A DNA stretch of 64,000 bases from positions 13,020,001 through 13,084,000 of the forward strand of contig OX597817.1 of assembly GCA_951406725.2 (NCBI GenBank), in the 5' to 3' direction. Of the stretch, positions 12,016 to 23,965 are shown one piece after another (position 1 is the stretch's first letter; each line of letters begins with the position of its first letter). Source of the DNA: Octopus vulgaris. Lineage: Eukaryota. The position numbers and the translations under genes were made by a program. The notes beneath the pieces are model-generated. The model was not told where the DNA came from and ran no database searches. It worked only from the letters and a program-made list of their open reading frames with translations.

Positions 12016-14139
12016 TATCTGTGCGCTTATCCCGAGTCAGACGTGTAGCAAAGGTAGGATTGCTATATGAATATAAAGGTTCTGAGGTCACCAGTGTGGC
12101 GGGATGTTGATACTACCACCTTAACATTGTCCGTTGATTATTAGTTCGACAAAAGTTGTTCTCACGTCGGATTGATTCCATGGTTGTTAGATAAAGATGA
12201 CGATGTCAGTTGTTGGCGCGAGTGTGGGCATTCCGAAAGTCGAAAAAAGAATTTTTTTTGTTTTAATTGAAATTATAATTAATTTAGAATCATATCTGTA
12301 TTTTTAAACATGGAAATTTAAAGATTAAAAACAGTAAAAGAAAAATTGGGGTACGGGGAATTTTTTTCCCCCTTTAATTACTATAGACATATTTCATCAG
12401 GTCAGATCCTTGGTCCATACACTCCAGAACCATCCCATGTAAAGCATAACGTTAGAACTTTGGAAAAAAAATAAGGTCTGATCAATTAATGGAGTAACCA
12501 CTGAATTTTTTTCTCTGTTGTCACATTTAGTCTCCACTATAGATGATGCTTTGAAAAGTTGTTTCGCGGCAAGCTCTCATTCTTCATTGTTAAAAATAAG
12601 AATCCAAAGAAATTTTTAAAGGAGAGAACTGGATGAAGGGATGGAGCATGTATTTGACACCCTCGTACGTACACACAAATACACACATTTATACATACAC
12701 CTGGCTCAATTACGCACGACTCAAGTTAGAGAAGGGGTGCGTATTATACACAAGGTTTAGGCTTTTCAAAGGTACAGCCCCCTAAAAATCCCCTGCGTAT
12801 TATACTCAAGGGCGGACTATACTTGAGGATTTATGGTACTTCAGGTAAATTAAAAGCAATTTTTAAAAGTAAACTCACATTATTTATATCAATTTTTAAA
12901 AGTAAACTCACAATATTTATTTTTTTCCGAACCTCAGCACCACCTGTGCATTCTCTCCTCCACCCCCAACATGCTTTTGTTTACATCAGCTAAACCCATT
13001 ATACTTTGCTACAACCTTTAATAAAACAGCACTTCCTTCCACTTCACCTTTCCACACCATTAATTTTCTCATTTTCTAAAAAGTGCAATGCTTTGTCGGA
13101 AATATTGTGCACTTTAATTTTATACATCCAACAATTCTTGGCAGCTTCAATATTTTCTTGCTTTTACACAACCCTTGTATGTCTACAATAATGAAGCATG
13201 TATACTTCTTAAAGAGTGACAAACTTTATTGCAATCTACTTTGGCTGGAGAGGGATAAAGGTAAAGGTGGTCAACTTATCACCAGAAATAGGCACCTGCT
13301 GGTTAATAGAAGCCGTTTTGCTCAATATTAACGGAGGAAAAAAAAAATAAACATATTGCAGGTCCACAGGCTGCAAAAGAGAATCTTTTGGTTGGGCATA
13401 GGGATGGAGCCATTGGTTTAAACAAATCAAGAAATAGGGAAGCCATCCCAAGCCTGATCAATCTGCCAAAAGGTTTGAAATTGTTTGAGGTAGTTTTGGA
13501 GCTGAAAGTTAAGCTGCAATTTATGCAGTGGCATGCGTCATCTGAGGGCTTTCTGTCCACAGCAAAGGAGAGGAGAAGGAAAATTCACATGGCTGCCAGT
13601 GCTATTGCCACAACAGCAACAATACTGTACAACCACAACAGTGGCAACTGCAATGACAAGTGCAACAGTAAAATCAGCAGTAACACCAGGAACAATAACG
13701 TGTACCTGTAGATTGAGGGAAAACAGCTGAGAGAGGGTTCTTTCCTCAGTGATCAAAATGTGGGTTTTCCACAAGTAGCCCTCAGAGATCGCTATTTTGG
13801 AAGAAAACTGTTCTTTGTTTGAATTTTATGCTTTTATTACTGCTATTTTCCTTTTTTAATTGCTTGTGTGTAGTCCTAAACTGCATCATCCTTGACATCA
13901 TTTTATCAATCTTTAAATATCAAGAAAAAATATTAATGAACTGGCAGAATCATTAGCATGTCAGACAAAATGTTTCATGGCATTTCTTCTAGCTTTACTT
14001 TCCTAGTTCAAATTCTGCTGAGGTTAGCTTTGCTTTTCAGAGTTGATAAAATAAATACCAGTCAAGCACTGAGGTTAAGGTAATTCACCAGCCCTACCAC
14101 CCAAAATTTTAGAGCTCCTATCTATAGTAGAAAAAATTA

Positions 14140-14540
14140 TTATCATTATCATTATTATTATTATCATTATTATTATTATTATTGTTATCTTTTTTTTCTT
14201 CTTCTTTCAAATTTGCTTCCATTTCTTGCCAAGTGTCTTCCCGACTCCTAGGGCAAAGAAACTCATAGTATACATTGGTATGAGTTTCTCTGAGTTTCTT
14301 TGCCCTAGGAGTCAGGAAGACACTCGGCAAGAAATGGAAGCAAATTTGAAAGGAGAAGAAAAAAAAATTTTTCAGAGCTTGTAATTTATAGTAGAAAGAA
14401 TTATCATTATCATTGTTATTATTATCATTATTATTATTATTATTATTATTATCATTGTTATTATTATCATTATTATTATTATTATTATTATTATCATTAT
14501 TATTATTATTATTGTTATTATTATTATTATTATTATTTAT
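14140..14540. repeat. (TTA/TCA)n microsatellite containing a 75-bp inverted repeat
   Basis: Direct reading; arms at 14190-14265 and 14291-14367. Confidence 0.85.
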
Positions 14541-15234
14541 TCAGTAGTTTCATTTTAGTTTAGCTGTATCACGCAGTGGACCTTCATGTTCCTAAGGTGT
14601 ATGCAGCATTCTCTTTTACCCTTTTACTTGTTTCAGTCATTTGACTGCGGCCATGCTGGAGCACCGCCTTCTGTTCATAATTTTGCAGGAACTTTGTGGG
14701 GACTGTACAGACTTCTCATGTTGGCATACTGCATCATTTTGTTTTGTTTTGGGGGCCTAGTTTATCATTTCTTGTTATAGTAGTGTTTATTCTGTTGTGC
14801 ATGATGTGTAGTGTGGTTTGTTACCTTATTACCATCATCATTATTATTGTTGTTGTTACCACTTTTATTGTTACCAGTATTATTTTCATTTTACAGGTAT
14901 GATGTTAATGACATTTGGTTCTTAATATTTTTATAATTATGATTGCTGTCTTTGCTTTTATTATCATTGTTAGGATTGTTGCCAAGACTATCACAATTTT
15001 TTTTTTTTTTTCTTTTACTTGTTTCAGTCATTTGACTGCGGCCATGCTGGAGCACTGCCTTTAGTCGAGCAAATCGACCCTGGAACTTATTCTTTGTAAG
15101 CCCAGTACTTTATTCTATCGGTCTCTTTTTGCCGAACTGCTAAGTGACAATCATTGTTACTTTCAAAATACTTCAACACTTTTTACAAATGCAACTTCTA
15201 ACACCATCGTTGTTAACATTATTTCATTTATTGA

Positions 15235-15630
15235 AGGCAGCGAGCTGGCAGAACTGTTAGAGTGCCGGACAAAATGCTTAGCAGTATTTCACTTGTCACT
15301 ATGTTCTGAGTTCAAATTCCACTGAGGTCAAGTTTACTTTTCATCCTTTAGGGGTCGACAAAATGCTTAGCAGTATTTCACTTGTCACTATGTTCTGAGT
15401 TCAAATTCCACTGAGGTCAAGTTTACTTTTCATCCTTTAGGGGTCGACAAAATGCTTAGCAGTATTTCACTTGTCACTATGTTCTAAGTTCAAATTCCAC
15501 TGAGGTCAAGTTTACTTTTCATCCTTTAGGAGTCGATAAAATAAGTACCAGTTGAACACTGGGGTTGACAAAATTGACTCACCCCCTCCCCCAAAATTTC
15601 TGTCCTTGTGGCAAAATTTGAAACCCTTAT
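15235..15630 (+). mobile_element. tRNA-derived SINE (family B) with an internal 89-bp triplication
   Basis: GGCAGCGAGCTGGCAGAA head, GAGTTCAAATTCC B-box and TTTCATCCTTTAGGGGTCGA.AAA core; units start at 15268, 15357 and 15446. Confidence 0.85.
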
Positions 15631-15897
15631 TATTTCATTTATTAAGGCAAGTGATATGGTAGAATTGTTAGTGCATTAGAAAAAATGCTTAATGAGATTT
15701 TTGGGGGATCTTTATGTATGAAAGACTATTTGCTGAGACTGAGCAAGATGAGCCGCTTTTGAACCCTTGCCATCTGGGATATTGATAACATCCATGTGCT
15801 CTGAAGTAGACAGTAGTGGAAATAAAGACTATAAGCTCACACTATACTTCCATTAGTAAAATTAAGTATACTAAATTACAGACACTTGAAACATATA

Positions 15898-16287
15898 TTC
15901 TTTTACTCTTTTACTTGTTTCAGTCATTTGACTGCGGCCATGCTGGAGCACCGCCTTTAGTCGAGCAAATCGACCCCGGGACTTATTCTTTGTAAGCCCA
16001 GTACTTATTCTATCGGTCTCTTTTGCCGAACCGCTAAGTGACGGGGACGTAAACACACCAGCATCGGTTGTCAAACAAAGCTAGGGGGACAAACACACAC
16101 ATATATATATATATATATACATGTATACGACAGGCTTCTTTCAGTTTCCGTCTACCAAATCCACTCACAAGGCATTGGTCAGCCCGGGGCTATAGCAGAA
16201 GACACTTGCCCAAGGTGCCGCGCAGTGGGACTGAACCCGGAACCATGTGGTTGGTTAGCAAGCTACTTACCACACAGCCACTCCTGC
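15898..16287 (-). mobile_element. Full-length SINE family A flanked by a 71-bp direct duplication
   Basis: Reverse complement of the 4010-4430 type; flanks 15827-15897 and 16288-16358 are identical. Confidence 0.9.
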
Positions 16288-16471
16288 GACTATAAGCTCA
16301 CACTATACTTCCATTAGTAAAATTAAGTATACTAAATTACAGACACTTGAAACATATACATCAAAATCAATTTTAAAATAATAATGAAGAAAATTAACCA
16401 ACAATCAATTGCTTTTCTCTCTTTTTATCTTTAACTTATTCTTCAGGCTATAAGTTCATTGTGAGCCTTAA

Positions 16472-16691
16472 CCCTTTTATTACTATATTTATTTTGGGAT
16501 GCTCTGTGTTTCTTTCAATTATTTAAAATATAACAAAGAATTTAGTAAAATAACTTGGTTATCATTAAGCTAGTGTTAGGAACATAAATTGTGACTAAGA
16601 TTTGGTGGAAGATTTTAGTTCAATACTTAAGAAAACAAGACATTTGTACTCAGAGCCAGAGCCGGTTTCAGCCGGATTGGTAACGAAAGGG
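16472..16691. mobile_element. piggyBac-type MITE (second copy at 40324-40543, inverted)
   Basis: TTAA|CCCTTT...AAAGGG|TTAA. Confidence 0.8.
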
Positions 16692-17382
16692 TTAAAGCAG
16701 AGGTTAATTTCTTTGACACAAGGTTTGCTAAATTGTCCAAGTTGGTATTTTAAAAAATTCAGTACAATTTTAATTAATTAGAACAGTACAGTTTTAATTA
16801 ATTACAATTATGATAGTGAAATTTAGGTATTATAATCTTGTTTTCTATTATTACAGATTCAATAGTAAGCCTCCTATTTCATAGAAACTCATGCTCATAC
16901 AACCTGATGACAGCTTGTCATGGCACTCATAATTACCCTAACCCAGTTCTTTAATTGCTGTAGGAACATGTATCACAAATAAGGATAGTGGTGTATACCA
17001 TATGTTCTTAAGACAACTATGGAAACGATATTAGAACCTATTAAGTTTGTAAAAAGCCTGTAGCATTTGCCTCCTTCTGGTATCATAGCAGAATTTGTAA
17101 CAAAACATAATAGGAAAATAACTTTAGGTTAAGAAGCTGCTCATTACATAATGATTTCAAATCTGTTGGTATTTTTTTTTTTAATTAGTTTCTGTGCATG
17201 CAGTATGCTCAGTTTTGTGACTATTTCACTTAGCTTATGGTGGACTATTGATATTCATGAGTTGAAAATAGTCAATGTAATCAGGTACCCAGTTATCAAA
17301 AGGCTAGCAATTCATCTCTAATGTGCCATGCTTGTAGCCAAACTACTTAATTTTTTGTGGCTCAGTCTACTTAGCTGTATGT

Positions 17383-17830
17383 TGGTTGGTTGGCATCCTT
17401 TCTGTCTCGGGAGACAATGGAGTTGCGCACAAAGTAGTCTAGTCCGGCTTTTATATTTCATGTCCTGATACATTTCCTGCTGTGGCTGTGTAGTCCTATC
17501 CTGGACAAACACTCCCTCTGGCAGGTACCGCAAATGTAGCGAAGACTGTTCCTGGCTGGTTGTAGTGCCATAGTCTCTTGTTGACGTCTCTTCTTTTCTT
17601 TCCATTTCTCCTCTCTCTCTCTCTCTCTGTCACTCCTTTGTATTCCCTCTTTTACGGTACGTCGCCATTCTCCACGGTTGCCGGCAACTGCCCCCCAACT
17701 GCTAATATTGATGTTGCAGGCCTTCATGTCTCTTTTGCAAACATCCTTGTAACGTAAGATCGGTCTACCCACAGACCTAGTACCCCTAGCAAGCTCTGGG
17801 GGTACTAGGTCTGTGGGTAGACCGATCTTA
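17383..17830 (-). mobile_element. 5'-truncated RTE LINE with a fold-back 5' end
   Basis: GRPILRYKDVCKRDMK and C..C.R.CLSRIGL.SH.R.C C-terminus, (CCAA)n tail, TGTATGT TSD at 17376-82 and 17831-37. Confidence 0.9.
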
Positions 17831-18269
17831 TGTATGTATGTGTCATATAATAATGTTACAATAGTATTGTAAAACTGAACCTTCAAGTGGTGAAGGATTA
17901 AGATGACTTGGTATGAAAAAATTTTGTTAATTGGACATTAATTAACTTTTCTAGAGAAGGGAAAGAATAACCAAATCCTTCCTAAAATAATATTAATAAA
18001 ATCCAGAATCTAAGGCACAGAATTCATAAGAGAGTTTGATCAATTCAATTGCTGTGAGAAGTGTAGAATGTATCAGGGCTTACTATTCTTCTAAGAGAAA
18101 GTTATTAGGTTGTCTAAAGACGGAAGACAAAGTTGGTTCCTGAAGAATTTGAATTTAAAATGTAGAATTTATCATTTGTGACAACTAAGCGTTTTATTTA
18201 GGCCAGAACAAAGTCATTTATAAAAGAGAGATACAATTGAGTAAATTGACTACAGTACATACATGGCAT

Positions 18270-18891
18270 TGTTAACACCAAAAGACTTGTAGCGTACCTA
18301 GGTAATATCCTCACTGTTTGAGAGATATATTAGAAATGATCTCATGTTAGATAGCAACCATCTTTGGCTATTTTGACCCTGTTGTGTCCACTGCTCTGAT
18401 TGGTTGACATTGGCACAGTTTGTCTCTTGACTTATTTCACGCCAGTGTGTAAGCCAACCAATCATAGCCTTCGGATAAGGTCTCATGACAGTCTTTTTGG
18501 GGTTTCACTGGAGCCCACCTCAGGTTATAAAAGGCGCCAGCTAATCACGATTTCTCATCTTAGGTTCCAGTCCTTTTCAGGACTAACCTCTGACCATAGA
18601 GCGACTCAACCATGTTCCCGCAACACCGGTCTTAGGTTCCAGTCCTTCTCAGGACTAACCTCTGGCCGCAGAGCGACTCTGCCAGTTCCAGTTCCAATGA
18701 CAGACGACCAGACCAGACCAGCCATGCTCCAGCAGCGCCGACGCCATCATCTCAACCATCACCGTTCTCCATCTCCAGCAACTCCTTACGAATGGTCGTT
18801 TTCCCTACAGACTGAATGCTGAAGTTGATCCACCAAACAAAATATCCATCACTGTCTATTGAAGTAGTAAGTAATAAATTAAATTTTTACA
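18270..18891 (+). mobile_element. Candidate solo LTR
   Basis: CCAATCA (~18458), TATAAAAG (~18526), AATAAA (~18873) and a ...TTACA end. The left boundary and TSD are uncertain. Confidence 0.5.
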
Positions 18892-18901
18892 TCATGTGGA
18901 C

Positions 18902-20001
18902 CATCATCATCATCATCATTTAGCGTCTGCTTTCCATGCTAGCATGGGTTGGACGGTTCAACTGGGGTCTGTGAAGCCAGAAGGCTGCATCAGGCCCAGT
19001 CTGATCTGGCAGTGTTTCTACGGCTAGATGCCCTTCCTAACGCCAACCACTCCGTGAGTGTAGTGGGTGCTTTTTACGTGCCACCCGCACAGGTGCCAGA
19101 CGGAGCTGGCAAACGGCCACGGACGGATGGTGCTTTTTACGTGCCACCGGCACCAGACGTCGCTGGCAACGGCCATGATCGGATGGTGCTTTTTACATGC
19201 CAAGAACAATAAAAGCAACTGAATACTTCTATGAGACTGGATCTCATAACCAAATCCACTGAATGCAAAGGTTGTACATTTCTCCATGAGATATCAAATT
19301 TGCCCAAAGAGCGTAACATTAAAAATATTTACAGAGAAGAAAAGCTGTAAAGAAGCATTACATCATCAGTTATTTGATAAACTGGTAGACTTCATCATCA
19401 TCATCATCATTTAGCATCCATTTTCCATGTTGGCATGGGTAAGATGGTTTTCACTAGAGCTGGTACACCAGAGAATTGCACCAGGCTCCATTCTGTTTTG
19501 GTTTGATTTCTAGAGCCAAACACCCTTCATAACACCAACCACCCAATACAGTGTACTGAGTGTCTTTTACATGTCACTGGTACAAGTGCCCTTTACGTAT
19601 CACCAACACTGGCCAAGACCACAATTTCACTCAGCTACACATTTTCTCAAGAAAATAGGAATCATCATCAACCATTAAAGAACAATAGAAACCTTTTTGT
19701 TATGTGAACCATCCAATCGTGGCCGTTGCCAGCACTGTCCCGGCTGGCCTCCGTGCCGGTGGCACATAAAAAGCACCATCCGTTCGTGGCCGTTGCCAGC
19801 CTCGCCTGGCCCCCGTGCCAGTGGCACGTAAAAAGCACCCACTACACTCACGGAGTGGTTGGCGTTAGGAAGGGCATCCAGCCGTAGAAACACTGCCAGA
19901 TCAGACTGGGCCTGGTGCAGCCTTCTAGCTTCACAGACCCCAGTTGAACCGTCCAACCCATGCTAGCATGGAAAGCGGACGCTAAATGATGATGATGATG
20001 A
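18902..20001. mobile_element. Cluster of RTE 3'-UTR copies: 18902-19203 (-), 19392-19650 (-, old), 19705-20001 (+)
   Basis: Shared GGATGCCCTTCCTAACGCCAACC core and (CAT)n tail. Confidence 0.85.
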
Positions 20002-20296
20002 TAATGTTCAGAAGCCATTCTTCCATTGAAAGTTGCTAAAAGAAATTAAAAATATTAAAAACAGGAATAATTGCAATTAAGGTTAGAGAACAAAGGTATC
20101 CAAAGTAAGCTGTATAAATGATCATACAGCAACACCATTTTTGGGAATTTAATGCACATTCAACTATTTGACATTCATCATATTTTCTACCTTTATTATT
20201 TTTTATTTAATATTTCTATTTTTTTAAGTTAATTTTTCCATGTTGAGATGCATAGAGGAAAAGTGGTGGTACAGAAATTTTGTTCATTGTTTAAAT

Positions 20297-20423
20297 CAGT
20301 CATGGGCAAACTGCAAAACTTTTTGAATGGTACGTCAACAAAAAATTAACTTAAATTTTTTTAGCAGCTTGATAATGAACCGCATCTCATGGTCTCCTTC
20401 TTAAAAAAGGTTGCCCGTGTCTG
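20297..20423. mobile_element. hAT-type MITE
   Basis: CAG...GGGCAAAC / GTTGCCC...CTG termini and an 8-bp near-TSD GTTTAAAT/GTTTAAAA. Confidence 0.65.
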
Positions 20424-20491
20424 GTTTAAAATAAGTGCTTTTATAGCTCACTGTCCTTCTTATTCCTGACAACTGAACTTTCAAATAGACA

Positions 20492-21050
20492 GGTTAGTTA
20501 GTTAGTTAGTTAATTTTTGGCTCAAAAGCAAATAGCAAGGCCATGTAGGGGGACATGGAGTTAAGTACAGGGTGGTGTTCATGTAAAGAGTTCGGGCCAC
20601 TTGAGGTCAAGGGAGACTTTGAACAAAGCGGTCGTCGGCATCTTCACCATCTCATCTGGCAGCTTGTTCCACGGATCCGCAACCCGGACGGAGAAAGCTC
20701 CCCTCCTTCGATTGAGATGAAATCGTCGCAGGTAGAGCTTTTCGGAATGACCCTGCAGCCGATGCTCTGGAGCAGGAGTGAAGAACAGCTCTTTCGAGAG
20801 GTTACACTTTCCGCTTATGATGTTGTGGGCGAGAATGAGATCACCACGGCGGCGGCGTTTTTCAAGAGAATAAAGGTCGAGCGTCCTCAGCCTTTCTTCG
20901 TAGGACAAATTTTGAGACCATGAACCATGCGGGTAGCCAGCTTCTGGACTCTTTCGAGATGCTGTATGTCTTTGAGGAGATAAGGAGAAGAGGCTTGAAT
21001 CCCGTACTCCAATATGGGTCTCACCAGCGTGACATAGGTTAATCAACAAG
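20492..21050 (-). mobile_element. CR1-like LINE 3' fragment
   Basis: LSYEERLRTLDLYSLEKRRRRGDLI, GHSEKL and FSVRV..PWNKLP motifs; (TAAC)n tail. Confidence 0.9.
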
Positions 21051-22196
21051 GTATTTCAGAATTGCGTAATTGTTCACAGGTAACTAAGAAATGACACCAG
21101 AAAATTTTCCATGGATGCCTTCTGTATGAAGAACAAATAGCTATGTGCAAGGTAACATGCTTGATATAGTGAATCAGAAAGCACTTTTAATCATTTGAAA
21201 TTTACACTTGTAATGAAAAGTAGAATCATTAATTATTTTAATGTCTACTTTTCCAAGCTTACATGGGTTGAAATGCCTGAGCTGTTTTTCTAGGGTTTGC
21301 CGTTACACTTGTGCAAGTTCAAATTCCACCGAGGACATCTTGCCTTTAGAATATTAAAAATGAATGCAATGGTCGATAAATTAAGTACCAGTTGCGCACT
21401 GGGGTCAATGTAATCAACTTAATCCTTTTGTCTGTCCTTGTTTGTCACCTCTATGTTTGGCCCCTTGTGGGTAGTAAAGAAATAGAAAGACACTTCCCCA
21501 AAGGTGCCTTGCAGAACCATGTAGTAGTGAAACAACCTTCTTACCACAGAGCCATACCTGTGCCAATTCTTGTCCAATTAAAGCAAGGGAGATCAAACTA
21601 AAACTAAAACTAATTAAAAACTGGATGGAAGAGTGCAGTAGGGAGTGTATACAATCTTTGCTAGTTACAATGAGAACTCCAGACATGTTTCAGTTTTATT
21701 AACTCTAACAAGTACCCACCAGATATTAGAACAGCCTGAGGATACACTTCGCATCAAAATGATTCAATAATCAAACTCTTTAAAATAATGAGAAGATTTC
21801 CTTGGTGTGCTTTCTGCATGAAGAACATACAGTTAAGTATGAACTACATAAAGTAATGAGCCAAAATATACTGTGCTGGAGTAGAAGACCCATCAAGCCA
21901 AGTGAAATCATAGTCATGGCAAATATTCGAGTCATACAACTGGCACCCATGCTGGTGACACATAAAAGCACCCATTATACTCTCGGCATGGTTAGTGTTA
22001 GGAAAGGCATCCAGCTGTAGAAACCGTGCCAAGTCAGACCGGAGTCTTGTGCAACCCTCTCAACTTACCAGCCCTGGTCAAACTGTCCAACCCATGCTAG
22101 CATAGACAATGGGCATTAAATAGTAGTAATGGTGATGAAATGACACTTGTTACAAGAACAGCACATTAAATATATTAGTCTGCACTTAACTTTATT

Positions 22197-22588
22197 ATGG
22201 ATGGATGGAAGCACTCCGTCGGTTCCGACGACGAGGGTTCCGGTTGATCCAAATCAACGGAACAGCCTGCTCGTGAAATTAACGTGTAAGTGGCTGAGCA
22301 CTCCACAGACACGTGTACCCTTAACGTAGTTCTCGGGGATATTCAGCGTGACACAGAGAGTGACAAGGCCGACCCTTTGAAATACAGGTACAACAGAAAC
22401 AGGAAGTAAGAGTGAGAGAAAGTTGTGGTGAAAGAGTACAGCAGGGATCACCACCATCCCCTGCCGGAGCCTCGTTGAGCTTTAGGTGTTTTCGCTCAAT
22501 AAACACTCACAGCGCCCGGTCTGGGAATCGAAACCGCGATCCTACGGCCGCGAGTCCGCTGCCCTAACCACTTGGCCATTGCGCCTCC
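22197..22588 (-). mobile_element. Full-length tRNA-derived SINE (family C) with (CCAT)n tail
   Basis: GGAGGCGCAATGGCCAAGTGGTTAGGG A-box and GGTTTCGATTCCC B-box, followed by a non-tRNA body. Confidence 0.85.
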
Positions 22589-23009
22589 ACAGTTGGAACA
22601 TAATAAAGTGAGTTCTTTGGTGCCAGTGCCATGTAGAAAGCACACAGTGCACTCTGTAAAGTGATTAGCATTATGAAATGCATCCGAGTGTAGAAACCAT
22701 GCTAAAGTAGACCTCACTGGTGTTAGTGTCACATAAAAAGAACCAGGTATACTCTGTAAAGTGGTTGGCAATTAGGAAGGATATCTGCCAATAGAAGCCA
22801 AGCCAAAGCAGACAATGGACCTTGGCAGGGTCCTCTGGTTTAATATCTCCTGTCAAACCATTCAACCCATGCCAGCATGGAAAAACTGATGTCAAATGGT
22901 GGTGATGATGATTCAAGATGCTTCACTGGCAAATTTTTCTTTGCCATTGTTTTAAACTGCCTAAACTGTAAATGGTCACAGAAAAAAAAAAAAGAAAAAC
23001 AAATTAAAA

Positions 23010-23200
23010 AACTGTATCTTCTCAGGTCATTCTAGTGCCTGGTAGGTACATGTTAGATTATACTTCACTGAGGAGGTCTGATAACACTGAAACGTGTAGA
23101 GTTGTCACTGTACCCACAAAACAATAAACTCACTTTCTTGCAAATCCCATCGCAATTTTAATATATATTTTGGAGTTATCTCCCTTGTATTGACAAGGCT
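23010..23200 (+). mobile_element. Penelope-like pseudo-LTR relic with a degenerate minimal hammerhead
   Basis: CTGAGGA (23068-74), GGT...ACT stem, GAAACGTGTA (23089-98), then AATAAA. Confidence 0.45.
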
Positions 23201-23375
23201 TTTTTTTTTTCATCTATTTTTCAACGAAATGACTGTGGGGCACTGCCTTAAAGGTTGTTTTTTTAGTCGAACAAATCGACCCCAGTACTTATTTTTTTGG
23301 TTTCTTTTGTCTGATTACCAAGTTACAGGGAGGTAAACAAACCAACATCAATTGTCAAGCGGTGTATAGCCAAAA

Positions 23376-23412
<37 letters not shown>

Positions 23413-23590
23413 GTAATGCAAACAGAAAAAAATTGAACTCAAAATATGATTATATGTATATTTTCATTAATATTTAGCAGAAGCAACAGTGTGACTAAAA
23501 GGCCAAGAGATTTGTGATAAGTGCCAACGCACGAAACTCTCAACCTCTGTGTCATTCTGTTGCTTCTGCTAAATATATATATATATATAT

Positions 23591-23965
23591 AGGAGTGGCT
23601 GTGTGGTAAGTAGCTTGCTAACCAACCACATGGTTCCGGGTTCAGTCCCACTGCGTGGCATCTTGGGCAAGTGTCTTCTGCTATAGCGCCGGGCCGACCA
23701 ATGCCTTGTGAGTGGATTTGGTAGACGGAAACTGAAAGAAACCTGTCGTATATATATATGTGTGTGTGTGTGTGTCTGTGTTTGTCCCCCTAGCATTGCT
23801 TGACAACCGATGCTGGTGTGTTCACGTCCCCGTCACTTAGCGGTTCGGCAAAAGAGACCGACAGAATAAGTACTGGGCTTACAAAGAATAAGTCCCAGGG
23901 TCGAGTTGCTCGACTAAAGGCGGTGCTCCAGCATGGCCACAGTCAAATGACTGAAACAAGTAATA
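23591..23965 (+). mobile_element. SINE family A
   Basis: Near-identical to 4010-4430. Confidence 0.9.

Noticed and set aside
13388-13711. 107-aa ORF and overlapping ORFs
   Set aside because: No recognisable domain or splice support, and an AAC/CAG-rich tail; probably an unclassified repeat.
22510-22588. tRNA genes at SINE heads (also 4010, 33627)
   Set aside because: A/B boxes are present, but there is no convincing acceptor stem and each continues into a repeat body.
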